In this document: positions 19,155 through 28,274 of the stretch, one piece after another
How the letters are laid out: each line of letters starts with the position of its first letter
Numbering within the stretch: position 1 is the first letter of the stretch
Origin: Candidatus Bathyarchaeia archaeon
GTDB taxonomy: Archaea > Thermoproteota > Bathyarchaeia > 40CM-2-53-6
Assembly (NCBI GenBank): GCA_049513715.1
Contig: JBEKVV010000001.1
Coordinates: 96,001 to 160,000 of the forward strand
Direction of reading: 5' to 3'
Length of the DNA: 64,000 nucleotides
The notes under the pieces: model-generated
Told to the model about the DNA's origin: nothing
Database searches by the model: none
The model's input: only the letters and a program-made list of their open reading frames with translations
Program-made: the position numbers and the translations under genes

Positions 19155-19990
19155 CTGCTCAACCTCAAGGAAAGATATGCATACCGTCGCTTGTGGTAAC
19201 GGAAGCCTCTGAAGTCACTTTCGCTCTGTGGCGGAGCACCGTGAAGATAGATAGCATTGCCAACTTTACTGTTCACTGTTTTCTCGAGATAGGCGTCAAA
19301 AAGTTCCGGAGAATCCAAACCGAGATCCAAGGACACAGCATCCCTCAGTGTATCTATTGAAGCGTATATCAAAGGCGCGGTTCGGGTTGATTTGTCTTGG
19401 ATATCAGAATAGGCACGAGTCAAAGCAGAGTAGAATTCGGGAATGCTCACAAATGTCTTTGTAGGCCCTGATTTTACAACTCCGCCATAGCTAACCGCTA
19501 ACCCTGCCTCAACACAAAACGCGATAAGTGTCTTCGCGGGAACCTCCTTGAACTCCTTTTGTATATCTTGCAGTTCTCTTGACACATCAGTATACTCAAG
19601 AAACCTCTTGAAAAGAGGCCCCTTATCGTCATTGCTCAGAATCAATCCCTTCAAATATCGTCTGTAAGTTTTCTTCTTTGAAATATCATCCTTCACCCCA
19701 CAGATTTTCTCACAAAGTGGAGTTATCCTATACTTGTGAGTGGGTCGGTCAACTTCTTTGATGAGTTTGAATATATTGGCGGTGTAAAAGTAAGTGTCTC
19801 TGGTTTTTACATGTATGTGGCCCTTCTTGGTTAATGAGGCTAATACTTGTCGGTACTCCTCTGCGTCGAACCTTCGCTCCGCCATCGCACATAGCGATGC
19901 GAAGAACTTCTGTACATCGTCAACGAGCATCAAGCCCTCCCTAGAACGTCCATATTTCGTATGTCTCAAATTCAGTAACTCCCGCGTCAC
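19151..19990 (-). CDS. Multi-winged-helix hypothetical protein
   Basis: YRITPLCE, TLIAFCVEAGL and IDTLRDAV..L...FD..L segments look like wHTH units; 4-nt overlap with the ATPase gene. Confidence 0.65.
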   Translation of the reverse strand: MTRELLNLRHTKYGRSREGLMLVDDVQKFFASLCAMAERRFDAEEYRQVLASLTKKGHIHVKTRDTYFYTANIFKLIKEVDRPTHKYRITPLCEKICGVKDDISKKKTYRRYLKGLILSNDDKGPLFKRFLEYTDVSRELQDIQKEFKEVPAKTLIAFCVEAGLAVSYGGVVKSGPTKTFVSIPEFYSALTRAYSDIQDKSTRTAPLIYASIDTLRDAVSLDLGLDSPELFDAYLEKTVNSKVGNAIYLHGAPPQSESDFRGFRYHKRRYAYLSLRLSS

Positions 19991-20325
19991 CTAGCTCCAG
20001 GAGTACAGCCGCACTGCACAATATGCAAGAAAGATATTGTGGATTAATATCTACATAAGAATTGACTACACCAGACGTATGTGTAGGTCGTCTTACATAT
20101 GTAACGCCCTCTCGCGGCCAGCCTAAAGCGCAGGAAGAGCAATGGAACAGAGTCAATCTGACAAGGATCGCTGTACTAGTGAGAGAGAGCTGGTGCGCAC
20201 ACACACAAAATGAGTGGTTCAGACTTAGGAGCCCGTCCGTATTGTTGTAAGTCGGCATGCAACCGTTCGGGCCCGCTGGACAGATTTCTGGCCCGCTTTT
20301 ATACCTTGTGAAGTATGAGAAGTAA

Positions 20326-20601
20326 GTGAAAGTCGTGGCGAAGCGGATACTGGTCCTCGACGAGGGGGTGCCCGGAGATCAGAAAGGTCGGCGCGAATGG
20401 CGGGTGCATCAACATCACCCTGCGGCAGAGTGGTGCGGCGATCTCGGCATCGCGCAGGGGGACTATGTCGTCCTGTGGCGAGGAGTCTACGAGGGCACAA
20501 AGTACGGGTCAGTTGTGGTTATCCAGAAGCTGAACGCCGGGGCCGCGCACCGTGACGGCCGGCAAACCCAAACTCAGGTGAAGGTTGGGGCGAGTGGCTG
20601 A
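20326..20601 (+). CDS. AbrB-like small protein
   Basis: PAAEWCGDLGIAQGDYVVL; TTTTATA box about 25 nt upstream. Confidence 0.6.
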   Translation: MKVVAKRILVLDEGVPGDQKGRREWRVHQHHPAAEWCGDLGIAQGDYVVLWRGVYEGTKYGSVVVIQKLNAGAAHRDGRQTQTQVKVGASG

Positions 20602-21502
20602 CCAACGCAAAGTTACAACGAGCCTCGTCACTACCATCTACGATGACCTGAAGTCGCTGGCCGATGAGCGCGGGCTTTCCGTCGCCGCGATGCTCCGGCA
20701 ACTGACAGTGATGGGAGTCGCCGAGGAGAAGACGCCTGTGATGCCGCTCGGAATCGAGGCTGGCTTCGGGCCTCCACATCTTTACTTCTTCGGCACTACC
20801 GGCCAGGGCAAGTCAACCGTCATCGACGAGTACGTGATCCCACGCCTCGGACGCGGACGGCGGACGGTTGTCTTGACCGACAGCAGCGACGACATCAGGA
20901 AGATCTACCGTGACGCGTTCAAGGTAGTCCCCCTCGCTTCGAGCCGGAAGTTTCCGTCATTCGACAACGAACGCTACGAGGAGATCAAGGCACTGCAGGC
21001 CGAACCGGAGTTTGAGGCGGAGGTCAGCGGGGCGATTAATGCCGTGATGGCCTCAAGACATCGGAAGATCATCGTCGCGGTTAATGCGCCTGACAAAAGG
21101 GCGAAGAAGTGGCTTGTGAACTCCTTCATAACGGAGGTAGTCGGCCGCGATTGGGGCAACCCCGGACTGCTCTTCGTCGTCGAGGACGCCCACAAATACG
21201 ACTGCGAGGAGCTAGTCGGCAGCGGCCGAAAGAACGGCATAGTTGCTATCCTCGCCGGCGTCAAGGAGCCCGACGAAGACACCTCGCGGAACACTCGCCT
21301 CGTCCTCGGCCCAGTCGGAACCGCCACGGCAAGCCGAATCGACCCGACAATCGCGGCGATGGCGAAGAGGCTCGGATGCGGAGAATTCCTCTGGCAGTAC
21401 TCGGCGGGGCGCTGGGCGAGGTTCAAGCACAAGAAACGCGGAGTGTCGAAGCAAAGAACCGGCCGAGAGCCCACGCCTCAGAATAGCGGGAACCCAAGGT
21501 AA
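20585..21502 (+). CDS. Ribbon-helix-helix domain fused to a HerA/FtsK-superfamily ATPase
   Basis: KVTTSL..IYDDLKSLADERGLSVAAMLRQL (RHH); HLYFFGTTGQGKST, LFVVEDAH and GRKNGI. Confidence 0.8.
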   Translation: MGRVADQRKVTTSLVTTIYDDLKSLADERGLSVAAMLRQLTVMGVAEEKTPVMPLGIEAGFGPPHLYFFGTTGQGKSTVIDEYVIPRLGRGRRTVVLTDSSDDIRKIYRDAFKVVPLASSRKFPSFDNERYEEIKALQAEPEFEAEVSGAINAVMASRHRKIIVAVNAPDKRAKKWLVNSFITEVVGRDWGNPGLLFVVEDAHKYDCEELVGSGRKNGIVAILAGVKEPDEDTSRNTRLVLGPVGTATASRIDPTIAAMAKRLGCGEFLWQYSAGRWARFKHKKRGVSKQRTGREPTPQNSGNPR

Positions 21503-21754
21503 TTCCGCGCATATCAGACCTTTTTTCTTCGGTTCGTTTAGCTATAAGAAACTTGACGACACTTCAGTCTGCGCCGCCAAACAGGTTCGACAACAGTCAG
21601 GAATATTCGTTGGAGCAACGTCCACAGGATGGATGTGAGAGAGACTTAGCCCTGCCAAGAAAACTCCTACAGATTGAGACAAATCGCGTGTGATCAGAAT
21701 GTTGCGCTCAACTTAATTTGCTTCTTCAACTTCAACGTGAGGTGAGGAGAGCGA

Positions 21755-22918
21755 TTGCCACCAGCCATTAGTCAGCGACCGGTTAATGAGAAATTGGATG
21801 CACTCACCAAGGCATTACTTCAAGCAATGGCCGCTGACATAAGTGACGATTTAAGCATCAAAGTAATTCTTTACGGGCAGTCAATCGACAACGTTCTTTC
21901 TGCTCTAATCCCGAAAAGTACGCATGACCATAATGCTAAAGTCCAACAATTCAAGGCGCTTTTCCCCGCTTATGCAAAACTAGAAGACCTTGACAAAGCG
22001 AAAAATCTGTGGATGAATAGACGGTATGGCAGTTCTGAACCCCCGGGGAGCGATTTTGGAATCCAAGCCTTGTGCACAGACCTGTTGGACTTTGCTGTCA
22101 AGACGATGGCCGCAGAAAGGAAATGTGCCCAGACAGTGCTGTGGGCCGAGGTAGCAACTAGAGCAGAGCTAATCTATTCACATTCCATCCGGCAATGGAG
22201 GCCTGATACGATTCCTGGCTACATTGACTTTGACGCATTCAGATTCATTGGGAAGATTAGAGAAGATTGTAGGCGTCGGGGCCTCGCGGGGGAATATGAC
22301 TTGGGAACCATATCTGGACTGATCCATGTTCAGCTGTTTGGTTTGCCTGAAGTATCGACGATGACAGAACTTGAGCGGGCGCGCTTTTCAAACACATTCG
22401 GAAAATTGCGCCGAGATTTCGACGAGTTGGTTGGATTAAGAGACCGCATCGAATATCGAAATGTAACCGCTCATGAAGTTAGGTCGGAAAGTGATCTCTC
22501 AATGTGGGTTCTCAAACGAGGCCTGGCTGCAGACGTCAACTCAGCGAAAGACGAGGATATTCACAGAATCGGATTGGTGATAACTCCTTCTCCACGAGCA
22601 ATGGATAGCTTTGCTGGAAGGATTGAGAATCTGCTCAACGACCTGTGGGGAGACTTTCCATTGGACAAAGTGAAGGAGGCGCTGGAAGGTGAGGCTTTGG
22701 GAAAAGAAAACCTTGTTTGGATGCAAAAATGCGATGGTGTTAGGGCACCCTTCCTAGGTTTACGTGATGTGGCGCAATTCTATGTGAGAAGAGAACTCAC
22801 AGCAGAGGAACTAGACCGTCTAAGGGGATGGGATTGGTTCGTTGTCAGGGCAGGCACTGATGGCTCAGAGCGACTAAAAAGATTCATGGACGAGGCACGA
22901 AAGTCTCGGCTGGGCTGA
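21755..22918 (+). CDS. Protein with an N-terminal HEPN-like domain and an unknown C-terminal region
   Basis: GQSIDNVLSAL..KSTHDH...NRRYG parallels HEPN QQAVEKALKA..THDL..ARY. Confidence 0.6.
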   Translation: MPPAISQRPVNEKLDALTKALLQAMAADISDDLSIKVILYGQSIDNVLSALIPKSTHDHNAKVQQFKALFPAYAKLEDLDKAKNLWMNRRYGSSEPPGSDFGIQALCTDLLDFAVKTMAAERKCAQTVLWAEVATRAELIYSHSIRQWRPDTIPGYIDFDAFRFIGKIREDCRRRGLAGEYDLGTISGLIHVQLFGLPEVSTMTELERARFSNTFGKLRRDFDELVGLRDRIEYRNVTAHEVRSESDLSMWVLKRGLAADVNSAKDEDIHRIGLVITPSPRAMDSFAGRIENLLNDLWGDFPLDKVKEALEGEALGKENLVWMQKCDGVRAPFLGLRDVAQFYVRRELTAEELDRLRGWDWFVVRAGTDGSERLKRFMDEARKSRLG

Positions 22919-22957
22919 CGATGACTACTAACAACTCGCAACACATATGTCCAAACG

Positions 22958-23638
22958 ATGCCCTATCACAATGGACGGCAATTGTCGAGTACGGAAGTCA
23001 AGAGGGCGGCGCGGGTAGTTTTCGAGAAGTTCAAGAGCATTCAAGATTTGCAGCAACGAGAGTCAGGCCCCAATCTATTGAGCCCACGGAGTTTCGTGCA
23101 AATCAACCATGATGTTGCGCAAGAAGCCTTCCATATCCTAGAACTACGAAACCTGCTAATGAGAGCCTTGGATCAGGAGTCGTTATATCAATTGACCAGC
23201 CTGGGTAACTCGACTAATGTCGATGATATTTTTGAGAAGACAGTAGACCGAGCCTTCATCTCGAAAATCTCAGAAATCCTAGACGGTGAGCTGAATCGTG
23301 CTTGCCTTGACAAGTCCTACGAAGACGCCATCACATCGGCTTTCCGCATCCTTGAAGTGCGCGTAAGGACTAGGATCAACGCCGGCGCCGACCGCATTGG
23401 AACGGATCTGATGGACGACGCCTTCCACCCTGAAAGGGGAAAGCTGGTTTTTGGAGAGACTGCCTCTGAGAGACAAGCGGTTCATCAAGTGTTTCGGTCA
23501 GCCTACATGATGCTCCGGAACCCACCTTCTCATCGATATCTACAGGAGTTTGCAGGCGCCGAGATAGTTGAGATCGTCATGTTTGTTGACTTCCTGTTGA
23601 AGATCCTGAGAAAGGCGACGGACAGAGCACCGAACTGA
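22958..23638 (+). CDS. TIGR02391/Ymh-family HEPN-like protein
   Basis: YEDAITSAFRILEVRVR, GTDLMDDAF and LRNPPSH (RxxxxH). Confidence 0.85.
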   Translation: MPYHNGRQLSSTEVKRAARVVFEKFKSIQDLQQRESGPNLLSPRSFVQINHDVAQEAFHILELRNLLMRALDQESLYQLTSLGNSTNVDDIFEKTVDRAFISKISEILDGELNRACLDKSYEDAITSAFRILEVRVRTRINAGADRIGTDLMDDAFHPERGKLVFGETASERQAVHQVFRSAYMMLRNPPSHRYLQEFAGAEIVEIVMFVDFLLKILRKATDRAPN

Positions 23639-23733
23639 AAAATCACTACGATTGAATAGTCCTTCCACCTAGTCAATGGATCCCAGGTTCTCTTTGATCA
23701 ATTCCTCGATTTCAGAAATCTCTTACTTGGTTT

Positions 23734-24516
23734 CTAGACCATCAAGAACTTGCGATAGCCATCAATCTCGGGGACACCATAAGTTGCCTTTTGGTTGTCT
23801 CTGAATTGCTTCTCTTCTTTTCTGGGTAATAGTCTGTTCCTGCGTGTTTCAAGATATCGCGCACGGATTTCAATCGGACCATGGATGAAATCCGTGTCTA
23901 TCGGTGTCGAATCCCTAGGCGAAATTTTGGTCTTTGTAATGGAGCACTTTATTCGAATTGTTTCCGATGAATTACCTTGAAGAGAAACTACGAGGGGGGC
24001 CTGAACTGCGTCCTCTGTTTCAAATCTAAAGTTGAAGAGGCAAGATTCTTCTCCGACTTTACTTTTGGCTCTAAAGCGCGGATCTGGATTCAACAACTCC
24101 AGTTTTAGTTGGCTAATAGCCCCGCTCTTGGAGCTCCGGTTCAGTAGGAGTAGACTAAGAGTGAAGAAGATTGCAACTTCCATCCTTCCAGCTGCTCTGT
24201 CGAGTTGCGATGTCAAGTAGTGTGGTCCAACATACGCTAACCTTTCGTCAGCAAAATACAGTTTCAGATCAGGGCCTCTAATCGACTCCCGCAGCTGTAA
24301 GCCAGCAATGGTTGCTGCCACCACGGTGAAAAAGGCGATTATCAGATTTGAGTAGGAGTCGAGTATGTCCACAAGTCCTTTTAGAACACTCAAGAAATCT
24401 ACTACTGGCAAATTCAAGTCAATCGATCTCATGCTTGAGTGTCTAATGGTCTGGACTCTCAGATTTGAACCGTCGTTATGGAGTTTTTGCGTGCGCGCCA
24501 CTCGACTCAGGCACAT
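23734..24516 (-). CDS. Membrane-anchored hypothetical protein (start uncertain)
   Basis: LIIAFFTVVAATIAGL transmembrane helix followed by a beta-sandwich-like region. Confidence 0.65.
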   Translation of the reverse strand: MCLSRVARTQKLHNDGSNLRVQTIRHSSMRSIDLNLPVVDFLSVLKGLVDILDSYSNLIIAFFTVVAATIAGLQLRESIRGPDLKLYFADERLAYVGPHYLTSQLDRAAGRMEVAIFFTLSLLLLNRSSKSGAISQLKLELLNPDPRFRAKSKVGEESCLFNFRFETEDAVQAPLVVSLQGNSSETIRIKCSITKTKISPRDSTPIDTDFIHGPIEIRARYLETRRNRLLPRKEEKQFRDNQKATYGVPEIDGYRKFLMV

Positions 24517-24522
24517 CGGACT

Positions 24523-24855
24523 ATGGATGCAAAAGCTCGTCTGCTTTGGCTAGATAATCAGGGCAACGTGGCGTCCGCAGTGAAAATGACCGAAGCGCCT
24601 GATATTGAAGCGTTTAGCGTTACAGCCAGAGACCGCGATGACGATAAACTATGTGTGGTAGAACATCCAACACAAAACTCTGATCGGAAAGTGTAGTCAA
24701 TCGACCTGTTACTCACCAATCGTGGCGATTACGCGCATTTTCGGGCATTCGAATTCGTGATTGCGGGCCTATACGTTCGTTGGGAGGAGCCGAAAGGGCC
24801 AAGGTACTTCGACATGGTCTACTATCGCTCTTCTAGCTTGCGTCTCGCAACTTAG
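24523..24855 (+). pseudogene. Possible ORF interrupted by an in-frame TAG at 24694-24696
   Basis: 57 codons, TAG, then 52 further sense codons in the same frame. Confidence 0.3.
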
Positions 24856-25300
24856 CGATGTCTCCGATGGATCCTAGTCGACATGAATGGCGGCGAGAGA
24901 CAACGCGAGCGAGTCTTGCGACACCGAAGAACGCTGAGTTCAGCGACGCCACTACTCGCCGGTTGCCCCGATCGGATACAGACAGTAGCGCTCAGCTTTA
25001 GCCTCTTACAGGTCTGCTGTTAGCGCATCCACTCTCCACATTTAGTATTAAAAGACGGGAGGAATTTTCGCATCTGTGATTTGGGACAGCGAGGCGCAAA
25101 CTGTTCAACTCATTTGTGTCTCTACCGACATTTGGGGGCGGCCGCCTGAAATTTGGGCCGGGTTGGGGATGGAGCGGTAGCGGCCTAGGGCTGAAAGTGA
25201 AAGGGATTGGAAAGTGGGGGCCGCTGCCGAAACAAAGGGCAGTGGGTTGCGAAAGCGAAACAGAGCCAAAGGGTCAAAGCGGAGAGGGGGCTGGTCTGTC

Positions 25301-25319
25301 TGCTGCTATTATAGCAGCG
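25301..25319. promoter_or_regulatory. Palindromic operator-like site GCTGCTAT-T-ATAGCAGC
   Basis: Perfect 8-bp inverted repeat; near-identical site at 25638-25656. Confidence 0.6.
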
Positions 25320-25360
25320 ATGGCCAAGATAAACAAAGCGCCAAAAAAGGGGATAAAGGG

Positions 25361-25567
25361 TCAGCCGCGACGGCCGGCTCTTCTGGACTTCTCGTAAGAT
25401 TTCAACAGTCGGCGGAGTTTCTTCAAGTCTTCCTCGATCGTCGGCATGTTCTGCCTGGCCCGCGTCACCATCGCCCGCATGCTGCTCGTTCGTTCGCCGT
25501 CCTTGCTCACGTATTCGTCTATCTGGTTCCGTTCAGTTTCCGTCAGGATACGCGTGTACATTCGCAT
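25361..25567 (-). CDS. Small basic helical protein, probable DNA-binding regulator
   Basis: MRMYTRILTETERNQID...EDLKKLRRLL; flanked by two related palindromes. Confidence 0.7.
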   Translation of the reverse strand: MRMYTRILTETERNQIDEYVSKDGERTSSMRAMVTRARQNMPTIEEDLKKLRRLLKSYEKSRRAGRRG

Positions 25568-25637
25568 TCACAGTCCAGTCGTACCGCTACAGCCACAGCA
25601 ACGTTTATTTCTGCCGCTTCTGATATAACAGCACGTC

Positions 25638-25656
25638 TGCTGCTGTGACAGCAGCA
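25638..25656. promoter_or_regulatory. Palindromic operator-like site TGCTGCTGT-G-ACAGCAGCA
   Basis: Perfect 9-bp inverted repeat just downstream of TGATATAA in a divergent promoter region. Confidence 0.6.
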
Positions 25657-25706
25657 CACTTATCCATCCAAAACGAGGGAGAAAGAAAGAGGAGGCGAGC
25701 CAGAAG

Positions 25707-26555
25707 ATGGCTTTGACCGTGAGGTTTCGGGTGCGTATTAGCAGAAAGGTTGAGTCGATACTGGCTGCGTCGTGGGGTGGACTTGAGGGTTTTCTGAAAC
25801 AAGCCTGTAGCTGCTGGCTCTACGTCGAGCCCAACCGAAAATTCATCGGTGGAAAATGGGTGGAGAACGGAACCCGGCAGGTCATGTTGGCTGGTTTCGC
25901 AAAACTGGTTCTTGTAGCTCGCTCCGACCGGAGGTGGCAGTGGGACGCCACAGACATCTACCACGCGGGGAAGAACGACTGGGTGGCTGCCATCGCAGGC
26001 CAGGAGGCCGAGGCCGAATTTCTATCGTCCGATGCCGCGTGCATGGAAACCGTAGGAAAAGAAGTCGAGGCTGCGCCGACAGTTCAGCCGATTGCTCCCG
26101 TGTCTTCGGAAGCTCCGAAGACGCCGATCAGAAAATGTGCGAAGTGCGGGGTCAAACTAAAAGAAGACGCGAAATTCTGCGATGGTTGCGGGGCGCAACT
26201 TCCCGAATTCCCTGTCCGGGAGTTCGCCATAGTGTTCTTCGACGGCCGTGAAAAACTGGCAGAGTTTCAGGACGCGAGGGTCAATGCGACCCTTGTTCGC
26301 GCAGAGAGGGGTAGGAAGATCAGCCGACAAGTCATATTCGACGACCGCTACGCCGTTCTTCTCCGTGCTTCGGCCAAAGATGCGAGTTCGGCAGCGGACT
26401 TGGACACTCTTCGAGCAGTATTCGCAGAGTTCGAGGCCGGAACGAAAACGAAGTACGGCGAAGTCCTTACGGACGCTTACGAACTAAAAACACTGCGCAA
26501 GATGCTGCTCGAAAAATATCCCGAGTCGGAGCTGTGGCGCGGGGACGAAGAGTAG
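25707..26555 (+). CDS. Hypothetical protein with a central zinc ribbon
   Basis: CAKCG......FCDGCG; GAGGAGG ribosome-binding site. Confidence 0.8.
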   Translation: MALTVRFRVRISRKVESILAASWGGLEGFLKQACSCWLYVEPNRKFIGGKWVENGTRQVMLAGFAKLVLVARSDRRWQWDATDIYHAGKNDWVAAIAGQEAEAEFLSSDAACMETVGKEVEAAPTVQPIAPVSSEAPKTPIRKCAKCGVKLKEDAKFCDGCGAQLPEFPVREFAIVFFDGREKLAEFQDARVNATLVRAERGRKISRQVIFDDRYAVLLRASAKDASSAADLDTLRAVFAEFEAGTKTKYGEVLTDAYELKTLRKMLLEKYPESELWRGDEE

Positions 26556-26766
26556 TTGCGGGAGGTGACTTGACCTGTTCAGAAATAGGGTTGGTCTGGC
26601 CGGCGTCGGCGCCGTAATCGCGGGGGTATGGCTTCTCTGCTTCGCGGTTGCTTCGGCAATCGTGTCCGCGTACCAGTCGGCCTACTGGCCTGCCTTCTAC
26701 GCGATGGCTGTCGGAGCTTCCCTCGTTTCTTCCGGCACGGTGTTGGCCAGAACGTTCAGGTAGGGG

Positions 26767-27012
26767 CTACTTGTTCGGCCCCCCCAGACTTGGCCCGATG
26801 GCTCTGGGGTTTTGGAGCCACCGCATGGCTGCCTTCTTGGTTTTGAACTCCTCGACAAAACAGTCAGATGTGGTGTTGTCCACGCCAACCAACCATCGGC
26901 CCTCCTTGGTTAAGTACAGCGCTCGATAGCGCTCCAGCTCCCACCACTCGCTGTGCCCAAGTAGGCGGTGAATGAACCGCTCCGAGACCCGTCTGACTAT
27001 TCGTTTCTTCAA
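26767..27012 (-). CDS. Small hypothetical protein
   Basis: GGAGGTGA ribosome-binding site before TTG; last gene of the DUF932 operon. Confidence 0.7.
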   Translation of the reverse strand: MKKRIVRRVSERFIHRLLGHSEWWELERYRALYLTKEGRWLVGVDNTTSDCFVEEFKTKKAAMRWLQNPRAIGPSLGGPNK

Positions 27013-27048
27013 AGTTTTTTCACCTCCTTCCCGCAGGAATCGGAGCGC

Positions 27049-27435
27049 TTAGTCGAACTCGGCAAAGAGCGCGCCCTTCCGAATTGCTTCCGGAATGTCG
27101 CTTTCCGATTCGAGCTGCTGGTCGGTCAGGTTCTTCTGGTCGGTGGAGTCGATCAGGTTGAGCACGCACCAGCGGCCGCTCTTGTGCCAGACGTGCTTGC
27201 TCGATCTGATTCCTCCGGCGAAGAGGAGAAAGACGCTGACTCCTTCGGATTGTGAGGCGAGCGTCTGGAGTTCTTGGATTGTTTCGATTCTTGGCTTGGC
27301 GGCCTTCAGTTGTCGAGCGAAGGTGTCGAGCAGCTTGGCTTCTTGAGGATAGTCTTCCGGATTCGTATCGAAGTCGCAAAACCAGTCACAGGCGAACCGA
27401 TAGGCTTCGGGGTCGAGTTCGATCTGCATTTTCAT
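27049..27435 (-). CDS. Acidic hypothetical protein
   Basis: GGAGGTGA ribosome-binding site; ATGA overlap with the DUF932 gene. Confidence 0.75.
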   Translation of the reverse strand: MKMQIELDPEAYRFACDWFCDFDTNPEDYPQEAKLLDTFARQLKAAKPRIETIQELQTLASQSEGVSVFLLFAGGIRSSKHVWHKSGRWCVLNLIDSTDQKNLTDQQLESESDIPEAIRKGALFAEFD

Positions 27436-28274
27436 AGACGCTCACCTCCTCTTCGGGCGGTCATTGTGGGCGCGACCAACACTCTTCGGGCCGCGTCCTC
27501 GTACCTTTCTCGGGCCAATGGCTGAGTCCGAAGTTCGTGCGTAGCGTATCCGGTCAGAGCATTCGCCAAGTCATATCGGGTGATCTCTGTAGTCCGCTCC
27601 AGCCTCGCAACGATTTTCTCGGAGACCCGAGGGCCGATGTCGAGGCGCTTCAGGACTGCGCTGGCGTCCTCTTCGATTCTCTCCGTCGCGGCTCTCTGAA
27701 CCATCTTCTCAAATTCTGGTCTTTGCTGCCTGATTCTGCGTATGGCGAATCGCACCCAGTTTCGTACGTTGCTGCTTCCTGTGTGGATTTTTCGGGCGGC
27801 CAGTTCGCGTGTCCAGGCGTGGAGTCCGTTCTGGCAGATTTTGCGCCAGGCATAGTACGCGGCGGTGACCGCGCTGGATCCGTCCAGGCTGTTTCCGAAG
27901 ACGACCCCGTCGCGGTAGGTGTCTCCCGGAAGCGGCAGGAATTCCTCTGGGGATAGGGCGGTAACCCAGATTCGCCCCTCCATGCTCCAGCAGTCGACTC
28001 TTCCGCGTGAGCCGTCGAGTCCGAGTTCGGCGAACTGTGTGACGACTGCTTTCACAAGGTCTCTGTGCTGGACTACTCGGTAGTTTTTCCCGGCGACCTG
28101 CCATATGTGGTCGGCAGTACAGATGGCTCTGTAGTCGCCGCTGTTGCTCCACCTTCGTGCTCCCGCGAGCCTCGATAGCGGAACTGCTTCGGCGACGGGC
28201 AGACGGTCGGCCACCGCGAGAAGCTGATCCAGGCTCTCGAACTCGTAGCTGGAAAACTTCGCTGCACTATTCAA
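27432..28274 (-). CDS. DUF932/DUF945-family (phage/plasmid) protein
   Basis: YRVVQH, NSLDGSSA, RKICQNG, HTG and YDLANALT motifs. Confidence 0.85.
   Translation of the reverse strand: MNSAAKFSSYEFESLDQLLAVADRLPVAEAVPLSRLAGARRWSNSGDYRAICTADHIWQVAGKNYRVVQHRDLVKAVVTQFAELGLDGSRGRVDCWSMEGRIWVTALSPEEFLPLPGDTYRDGVVFGNSLDGSSAVTAAYYAWRKICQNGLHAWTRELAARKIHTGSSNVRNWVRFAIRRIRQQRPEFEKMVQRAATERIEEDASAVLKRLDIGPRVSEKIVARLERTTEITRYDLANALTGYATHELRTQPLARERYEDAARRVLVAPTMTARRGGERL

Noticed and set aside
25116..25648. Plus-strand ORFs 25116-25397 and 25214-25648
   Set aside because: Low-complexity by-products of the purine-rich tract that overlap the better-supported minus-strand gene
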